Shown here in pieces: positions 57,940 through 64,000 of a DNA stretch of 64,000 nucleotides. The notes beneath the pieces were generated by a model. It searched no databases. It saw only the letters and a program-made list of their open reading frames with translations, and had not been told where the DNA came from. This stretch comes from an uncultured Gemmatimonadales bacterium (GTDB lineage Bacteria; Gemmatimonadota; Gemmatimonadetes; Longimicrobiales; RSA9), in the NCBI GenBank assembly GCA_963708135.1, contig OY970192.1:1248001-1312000 (forward strand), given 5' to 3'. Position 1 is the first letter of the stretch, and every line of letters begins with the position of its first letter. The position numbers and the translations under genes were made by a program.

Positions 57940-58385
57940 AACGCAAGAAGCTGATCCCGGCCCTCGTCGGCGCCGTGATCGTGCTCGGTGGGTTCGGCTA
58001 CCTCATCTACGGCGGGATCGACAACAACCTCGTCTATTTCCTCACGCCCACCGAGCTCCAGGCCAAGGGCGCGAAGGCGATCGGCGCTCCCGTACGCCTC
58101 GGCGGCCAGGTCGTACCGGGTAGCGTCGTCTGGAACGCCCAGGCCCTCGACCTCCAGTTCCGCATGACCGACGGCAAGGATGCCGTCAAGGTGCATTCCA
58201 CCAGCACCCCGCCGCAGATGTTCCGCGACGGAATGGGCGTCGTCGTCGAGGGCAAGCTCGCCGCCGACGGCGTCTTCGAGGCCAGCAACCTCATGGTCAA
58301 GCACTCCAACGAGTACCAACCTCCTCGCGCCGGCCACGAGCCCGAGGAGATGTACAAGACGCTCATCAAGGATCCGAAGAGCTGA
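57936..58385 (+). CDS. ccmE: Heme chaperone CcmE
   Basis: LVYFLTP, VRLGG, PQMFRDG, KHSNEY (HxxxY). Confidence 0.95.
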   Translation: MKRKKLIPALVGAVIVLGGFGYLIYGGIDNNLVYFLTPTELQAKGAKAIGAPVRLGGQVVPGSVVWNAQALDLQFRMTDGKDAVKVHSTSTPPQMFRDGMGVVVEGKLAADGVFEASNLMVKHSNEYQPPRAGHEPEEMYKTLIKDPKS

Positions 58386-58491
58386 GGAGGTCCCCCGGCG
58401 CGCCGCGCCGGAACGGAACCTGCCTGAGTGCCGAGCGCCCGGCCGGGAGTCCCCGGCCGGGCGCTTCTTCACGCCGATTCGAGGGGGGCCC

Positions 58492-58992
58492 GTGGACTGG
58501 GTGCACGTACATCTCATGGTGAACCACTTTCCGATCATCCTCGGCATGGTCGCGGCCGCGGGCGTCCTGGCCGCCCTCTTCACGCGCCGAGAGTTCTTCT
58601 GGATCTACGCCTGCGTGACTGCGATCCTCGCGGCCATCGCGGCGCCCGTGGCCTACATCACCGGCGATCAGGCCGGGGACGTCGCCCGCCACTTCTGGTA
58701 CGTCGACCGACCCGAGATCCACGACCACGAAGAGGCGGCCCTCTACACGCTCATCATCCTCATCGCCGCCGGCCTCGCCGCCATCTGGGCGCTCTACCGC
58801 CGCAACCCCCGCATCCGCGCCCTCTTCGCCGTCCTCATCATCGCAGGTGCCCTTTCCGGCGGCTTCACCGGCCTCGAGGGCGGCCATATCGTCCACACCA
58901 GTCCCAAGCTCGAGCCCAAGGTACGGCCGGACTCGACGGCGCCCGTCACACCAGCCGCCCCGCCGGCCGCCACGGCTCCCGGAAGGGGTTGA
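58492..58992 (+). CDS. DUF2231-like His-containing membrane protein
   Basis: HLMVNHFPI, YITG, HDHEE, GLEGGHIVH. Confidence 0.75.
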   Translation: MDWVHVHLMVNHFPIILGMVAAAGVLAALFTRREFFWIYACVTAILAAIAAPVAYITGDQAGDVARHFWYVDRPEIHDHEEAALYTLIILIAAGLAAIWALYRRNPRIRALFAVLIIAGALSGGFTGLEGGHIVHTSPKLEPKVRPDSTAPVTPAAPPAATAPGRG

Positions 58993-59384
58993 TCCGGCCG
59001 GCCGACGTGCGCCGGCCAAGCCCGCGTCCGGTCTGGACCCGCCAGGCCGACTGAACCCGAGCGAGCCGAGCTGGGCGCGTGCGCCGCCGTTCGGCCCCGG
59101 GCATCGCCGGCCGCGCCAGAGCCCCTCGTCCACCACCCGCTTCGCCCGCCCCCGCCACCCCGTCCGCGCCCCGGCCCGTGCCGGCGACCGGGCGCATCAT
59201 TTTCAGGCGATTCCCCACGCCATCCCGGTGCCGACCTGGTGCCGGCTTCCCTGGCCCACCGCTTGCCTTGTTACGTACCGGAAAGACGCTCCAGCGGCTC
59301 CCCTCCACCAGACAGGATTTCGCGACGTGACGCGACGAACTGGCAATGCGATGCCCCGCCTGGACAGCCGTGGCCGACCCAGCG

Positions 59385-59433
59385 GCGGGGGATATCCCCC
59401 GCACGGAGGGCCTCGGGCGGGGGATATCCCCCG
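59385..59433. promoter_or_regulatory. Tandem perfect palindromes (putative operator pair)
   Basis: GCGGGGGATATCCCCCGC (59385-59402) and CGGGGGATATCCCCCG (59418-59433); centres 32 bp apart. Confidence 0.65.
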
Positions 59434-59494
59434 GCCCCGCCCCGCACGGAGCGAGGAGGCGGCATGCCTTGACGGGGTGCTGCTGGAAGCTGGT

Positions 59495-59593
59495 ATGGAG
59501 GAACGTCGGCCGCTGCCGGCCTATCTGGCCATCGCGCTCTTTGCGCTCGTGATGGCGGCGTTGCTGACGCCGGGACTCACCCTGCGACTCTGA
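59495..59593 (+). CDS. Possible 32-aa single-TM protein
   Basis: MEERRPLPAYLAIALFALVMAALLTPGLTLRL; ends 9 nt before the cytochrome start; RBS weak. Confidence 0.4.
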   Translation: MEERRPLPAYLAIALFALVMAALLTPGLTLRL

Positions 59594-59602
59594 AGGGTTC
59601 TC

Positions 59603-61045
59603 ATGGAAAGCCTGAAGCGGCATCTCGGAATCCTGATGGCGATAGTTCTGACGGCGGGAGCGGTTGCGGGGTGTGTGGACGAGAAGAAGGTTCTCGAGCC
59701 GAGCCCGAGCTTCGAGACGCCGCCCGCGGCGGCGGAGGGCTTCCTCGGTTACGCCGACACCGTGGCGGGGAAGCCGGTATGCGGCAACTGCCACGCCGGC
59801 AAGTACGCGGAGTGGAAGCAGACGAAGCACGCGCAGGCGTGGGCGGACCTGCAGGCCAGCGGCCATGCCACGGCGGCGTGCGAGGGCTGCCACACGGTGG
59901 GCGCGTACGGGAACCTGGTCGTGGACTCGATGGTGGGGTGGACGGCGACGCACGACGCGCGCTATCACGACGTGCAGTGCGAGAGCTGCCATGGGCCGGG
60001 GATGACGCACGTGACGAACGCGGACGCGAGCCAGCCGCTGGCGTCGATGCTGGTCGGGGTCGGCCTGAAGAGCGGCTGCGGGGAGTGCCACTCGGGGACG
60101 CACAACCCCTTCCTCGAGGAGTGGTCGCAGTCGGCGCACGGACTCGTGCCCCACCAGTCGGGTCACGCCGGCCAGGCGGAGCCCTGCATTTCCTGCCACA
60201 CGGGGGACGTCGCGCTGCAGTCGTGGGGTGAGGATCCGAACTACCTGGAAAAGGACAGTCTGCAGGCGGTGGCCGGCCACCTGCCCATCAGCTGCCCGAT
60301 CTGCCACGATCCGCACAACGCGACGATCGACAAGCAGCTGCGCTTCCCGATCGATGTCGCCAGCGTGGACGACAACCTGTGTATGAAGTGCCACCACTAT
60401 CGGGGCACGCCGGACCCGACGTCGTCGCACGGCCCGATGTCGCCGCAGGGCCCGCTTCTGCTCGGACTGGCGGGCTGGCGCTCGCCGGACTTCGGGCCGA
60501 CCCAGGATCTAAAGGGAACGCACGGCTCTTCGGGCAACAAGGACCTGTGCGTCACCTGTCACGTGGCCCGGATGGACGTGACGGACGCGAGCGGCACCGT
60601 CGTCTTCAATTCGACCGGCCATCTCTTCGTGGCCACGCCCTGCCTCGACGCGGCCGGCAAGCCTACGGCGGCCGAGGACTGCGAGACCAGCCAGCGCAGC
60701 TTTGCGGCCTGCGCGCAGAGCGGCTGCCACGGAAGTCCCGACGCCGCGCAGTCGGCGGAGAGTGTGGCGCGCACCCGCATCGCCGACCTGGTGGCCGAGG
60801 TCAACGCGATGGTGAGCAGGGCGCCCGCGTCGGAGTTCAACACGAGCGACCCGACCTCGACCGCGGAGGGCGCGAAGTTCAACGCCGACCTCGGAGCCAT
60901 GGCGGGATCTCCGATCCACAATCCGTTCCTGATGGAGGCGCTGCTGACGGCCAGCATCAAGCAGCTCCAGAAGGACTACGGCATCGTGCCCACGGCCGGT
61001 GTCACCCTGAACAACGTCCTTCCCCGCGAGGTCATGTCGAAGTAG
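59603..61045 (+). CDS. Multiheme cytochrome c lipoprotein (8 CxxCH + 1 Cx4CH)
   Basis: Lipobox VAGC; CGNCH, CEGCH, CESCH, CGECH, CISCH, CPICH, CMKCH, CVTCH, CAQSGCH; c554-like N-terminus. Confidence 0.93.
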   Translation: MESLKRHLGILMAIVLTAGAVAGCVDEKKVLEPSPSFETPPAAAEGFLGYADTVAGKPVCGNCHAGKYAEWKQTKHAQAWADLQASGHATAACEGCHTVGAYGNLVVDSMVGWTATHDARYHDVQCESCHGPGMTHVTNADASQPLASMLVGVGLKSGCGECHSGTHNPFLEEWSQSAHGLVPHQSGHAGQAEPCISCHTGDVALQSWGEDPNYLEKDSLQAVAGHLPISCPICHDPHNATIDKQLRFPIDVASVDDNLCMKCHHYRGTPDPTSSHGPMSPQGPLLLGLAGWRSPDFGPTQDLKGTHGSSGNKDLCVTCHVARMDVTDASGTVVFNSTGHLFVATPCLDAAGKPTAAEDCETSQRSFAACAQSGCHGSPDAAQSAESVARTRIADLVAEVNAMVSRAPASEFNTSDPTSTAEGAKFNADLGAMAGSPIHNPFLMEALLTASIKQLQKDYGIVPTAGVTLNNVLPREVMSK

Positions 61046-61080
61046 CGCCAATCCTTCGACACGCCCGAACGGGAGGAGAA

Positions 61081-61935
61081 ATGTCGAATCGAGTGCTGGG
61101 GTGGCTGGCGCTGGCCACCGTGACCGCCGCGTGCGGGGGGGACGCGCTCCCCCCCGCGCCGACGGCCACCACGGACAGCGTGGCCGTGGCGAGGATCCTC
61201 GCCACGGCGCCGCTCGGCGGCAGCACCCGTCCCTCCTCCGTGGCGGCCACGCCGGCGGACAGCGCCTCGAAGGCGGCGCCGCTCTCACCCACGGCGTTCC
61301 GCCATGAGAAGCACCGCGGCCTGGTCTGCCAGCGCTGTCACCCGGCGGTCCCCGGGCACGCGCGGCACACCAACGTCGCCTGCACGTCGTGTCACCCGGC
61401 GGTGCCGGTCACCGGGCCCGCGCCGGGCCCGGCCGAGTGCGGCGGGTGCCATCACGCGGCCGTGCAGGGCCGCGCGTGCACGAGCTGCCACGATCCCACG
61501 GCGCGTGGCACGCTGGCGCTACAGCGCTCCTGGGATCTTTCGGTGTGGGGCGCCCCACGTCTTCGCGACGTGAAGTTCGACCATCGCTGGCACGAGGCGC
61601 GGCCGTGCGGCGCCTGCCACACCGACCGGCCCTCCCTCGTCTCCACGCGTGCGTGCGCCTCCTGCCACGAGCACCACGAGGGCCGCGCGGATTGCCGCAT
61701 CTGCCACGTGGCCCCGCCCGTGGGCGTGCATACCCTGGCCGCCCACCAGGGCTGTGCGGGGCAGGGCTGCCACCGGGACCCGCCGGTCCGGAAGGCGACG
61801 CTCTCCCGCGACGAATGCCTGCTTTGCCATGCCGACCGCGAGCGCCACCAGCCCGGACGCGCCTGCGCGCAATGCCACATGCCCCAGGCGGCGGCGCGCG
61901 CGCCGCCGGCGGGGCGGGAGCCCACGTCCCCATGA
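61081..61935 (+). CDS. Dense multiheme cytochrome c lipoprotein (9 CxxCH + 1 Cx4CH)
   Basis: GGAGGAG RBS; lipobox TAAC; CQRCH, CTSCH, CGGCH, CTSCH, CGACH, CASCH, CRICH, CAGQGCH, CLLCH, CAQCH; c3/c7-type FxHxxH. Confidence 0.92.
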   Translation: MSNRVLGWLALATVTAACGGDALPPAPTATTDSVAVARILATAPLGGSTRPSSVAATPADSASKAAPLSPTAFRHEKHRGLVCQRCHPAVPGHARHTNVACTSCHPAVPVTGPAPGPAECGGCHHAAVQGRACTSCHDPTARGTLALQRSWDLSVWGAPRLRDVKFDHRWHEARPCGACHTDRPSLVSTRACASCHEHHEGRADCRICHVAPPVGVHTLAAHQGCAGQGCHRDPPVRKATLSRDECLLCHADRERHQPGRACAQCHMPQAAARAPPAGREPTSP

Positions 61936-63443
61936 GCCCGGATAGTCCTCGTTCCACCCTTCGCGCTCGCTCGCCCCTCCTGGCGGCGGCGCTGCTCCTC
62001 GCCGAGCTGGGCGCCGGCGCCGGCGCGCGTCCAGTCTGCGCGCAGAGCGTGAGGATCAGCGGCACCTCTACCGTGCGCTACCTCGAGCTGCAGCCCCTCC
62101 AGATCGACAGCATCCCCGTCTCGAGCACGACCGGCGACGGTGTGCTGCGTCGAGCGGGCGATGGCCGGACGGTGGAATGTGTCGATCCCGCCCCCTACTG
62201 CTATGCCTACGGCAGCGGCTCGGAGGTCTCGACCACGCCCGGGTTGCAGGACCTGCGCGTCAGTGCCTGGGGGTTCGGCCGCGGCGTGCGCTTCTACTCG
62301 CACGTGCGTGGCCGCGCCGTCGTAGCCGGCAGCTCCTCCCTCTGGCCTCTGGCCGGCGACCCCTTCGACATGCTGGAAGGGTACCTAGAGCTGGACCGCC
62401 CACGCTTCCGTGTACGGGCCGGCCGCCAGTGGGATGTCGGGGGACTCAGCTTCGCCAACTTCGACGGCGCCTCGCTGCTGGTTCGGCCGCTCCGCCAGCT
62501 GCGCCTGGAAGGTTACGGCGGCTGGAGCCTGCAGACCGGACTGAACGAGCCGGTCACCAGCGCCGCCATCGCGGCCGTCGAGCCGTTCGCGCCGGACTCG
62601 CGCGGCCTCCTCCTCGGCCTGCGTGCCGAAGCCAGGCCGGCCGCCGCGCTCTCGCTTTCCGCAACGTACGAGAGACAGGTCCGGCAGGACCAGGCGGGCC
62701 TCTACTCGGAGCGCGTGGCCACGGACGGACTGCTTCGCGGCGCCCTGGTGTCGCTGGACTGGGTCCTCCAGGCGGATCTCGCCAATGCGGAGCTCAACGA
62801 GCTGCGTGGTCGGGTCGTGTACACGCCGGCGTCGCGTCTCACGCTGCGCGCCTTCGCGCGCCGGCACCGGCCCTACTTCGAGCTGTGGACCATCTGGGGC
62901 GCCTTTGGCGCGGTCGGCTTCACGGAGGGAGGGATCGGCGGCAGCTGGCGGAGCGCGGGAGGGGCGCTGACCCTCGACGCCCAGGGCGCCCGCCGACGCT
63001 ACCTGGAGACCGGGGCGGAGCTCGGCTTCGCGCCGCTCCACGCCGACGGCTGGACGCTCGACGCCAACGCCGCGGCGCGTCTCGCTCCGCACTGGAGCCT
63101 GGACGGCCAGTACCAGTGGGACCTCGGCTTCGGTGCCGGCAAGAGCCAGGGTCTCGCGCGGCTCCGTCGCACGCTGCCCGGCGGCGCGTCGCTGGCCGCG
63201 ACCGCTACGGCGTTCCAGATGGCCGGTGAGCTCCGTGTGAGAACCGGCACGGTGGCGGGGCTCGGCCTCGAGGGTGGGCTGCCGATCGGGGCCCGCAACC
63301 GGCTGGACGCCTCCCTCTTCGACTACCGCCACTTCGGAGCGGCACCCGAGATGGGCCCGGACTGGAGCCAGCTGCGCGCCAGCCTCTCCTTCAGCTGGAC
63401 CGTCGGAGCCGAGCCCGGCCTGCCGGCACCCGGGAGGATGTGA
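61932..63443 (+). CDS. Putative outer-membrane beta-barrel (porin)
   Basis: Signal peptide; long series of amphipathic beta strands (YLELDRPRFRVRAGRQ, FDGASLLV, LRASLSFSWTVG); flanked by cytochromes with overlapping start/stop codons. Confidence 0.75.
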   Translation: MSPDSPRSTLRARSPLLAAALLLAELGAGAGARPVCAQSVRISGTSTVRYLELQPLQIDSIPVSSTTGDGVLRRAGDGRTVECVDPAPYCYAYGSGSEVSTTPGLQDLRVSAWGFGRGVRFYSHVRGRAVVAGSSSLWPLAGDPFDMLEGYLELDRPRFRVRAGRQWDVGGLSFANFDGASLLVRPLRQLRLEGYGGWSLQTGLNEPVTSAAIAAVEPFAPDSRGLLLGLRAEARPAAALSLSATYERQVRQDQAGLYSERVATDGLLRGALVSLDWVLQADLANAELNELRGRVVYTPASRLTLRAFARRHRPYFELWTIWGAFGAVGFTEGGIGGSWRSAGGALTLDAQGARRRYLETGAELGFAPLHADGWTLDANAAARLAPHWSLDGQYQWDLGFGAGKSQGLARLRRTLPGGASLAATATAFQMAGELRVRTGTVAGLGLEGGLPIGARNRLDASLFDYRHFGAAPEMGPDWSQLRASLSFSWTVGAEPGLPAPGRM

Positions 63444-64000
63444 TGCGCGCGCCCGCCCTGCCGGCGACTCTGCTGCTGGCCTTCGTCCTGGTCTGTGCGC
63501 CGCCTCCGGCCGCTGGCCAGAAGCCGCGCCCAGCTGGCGGCGCGGCGCCGGCGGCCGGGCGCTTCCCGCATGCTCGCCACGAGGGCCTCTTTCCGCAGTG
63601 CACCGTATGCCACCGTGGCGTGGAAACGGGCGACGCCGACGAGCGCTACCCCGCCCCCGCCGCATGCCGAAACTGCCACGACGGCTCGACGCGGCAGCCC
63701 GTCAACTGGACCGGGCCCACGGTGCGGGTCTCGAACCTGAGCTTCTCGCACCCCCGGCACGACGCGGCCGTGAGCTCGGCGGGGGAGAGCACCGCGTGCC
63801 TCGACTGCCACCGCACGCCGGGCGAGAGCGGCCGCATGGCGGTCAGTCCGCCGCAGCCGCAGTACTGCACCGGCTGCCATGCACACCACGCCTCCGCGCA
63901 CATGGCTCCGGAGGCGCGGTGCACCACCTGCCACCTCCCGCTCGCAAGCACGAGGCTCTCCGAAGCCGCCGTCGCCGCGCTCCCCAAGCCGCCCGACCAC
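63443..64000 (+). CDS. Multiheme cytochrome c3-like protein (truncated by window edge)
   Basis: Manual translation (not in ORF track): signal peptide, FPHARH, CTVCH, CRNCH, FSHPRH, CLDCH, CTGCH, CTTCH; open to the window end. Confidence 0.9.
   Translation, partial: MRAPALPATLLLAFVLVCAPPPAAGQKPRPAGGAAPAAGRFPHARHEGLFPQCTVCHRGVETGDADERYPAPAACRNCHDGSTRQPVNWTGPTVRVSNLSFSHPRHDAAVSSAGESTACLDCHRTPGESGRMAVSPPQPQYCTGCHAHHASAHMAPEARCTTCHLPLASTRLSEAAVAALPKPPDH

Noticed and set aside
59603..61045. NrfA/octaheme nitrite reductase or hydroxylamine oxidoreductase call
   Set aside because: No CxxCK active-site motif seen; lipoprotein and porin context favour electron transfer, so no enzyme name was assigned.

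Overview
Very GC-rich, gene-dense bacterial chromosomal window. Gene content and protein style suggest a diderm FCB-group organism, probably Gemmatimonadota (inference only). I found no rRNA, tRNA, CRISPR array, transposase or integrase. Left to right: (1) a c-di-GMP/surface module with GT2 glycosyltransferase + HEAT membrane protein, divergent from a degenerate REC-GGDEF protein and a PAS-GGDEF cyclase, then a second, frameshifted membrane DGC and an orphan Flp-type pilin; (2) MarR/VOC, FetAB-like and ZnuCB-like ABC genes, an M1 aminopeptidase and glk-tkt-pgl; (3) an ECF sigma/anti-sigma/HEAT/HEAT operon and a PAS-GAF histidine kinase; (4) a surface metallopeptidase, a TonB-dependent receptor and a repeat-rich YkuD protein; (5) an unusual four-gene operon: cytoplasmic class-A-like serine hydrolase, M15 metallopeptidase, PafA/Dop-like carboxylate-amine ligase and a small membrane protein; (6) mprF, an orphan cytochrome b, USP/DUF302, split pntAB and ccmABCDE; (7) a porin-multiheme cytochrome cluster that runs off the right edge. 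The strongest candidates for undescribed systems are the Pup-less PafA-like ligase/peptidase operon and the porin-cytochrome conduit. All calls come from reading motifs by eye; no searches were run.
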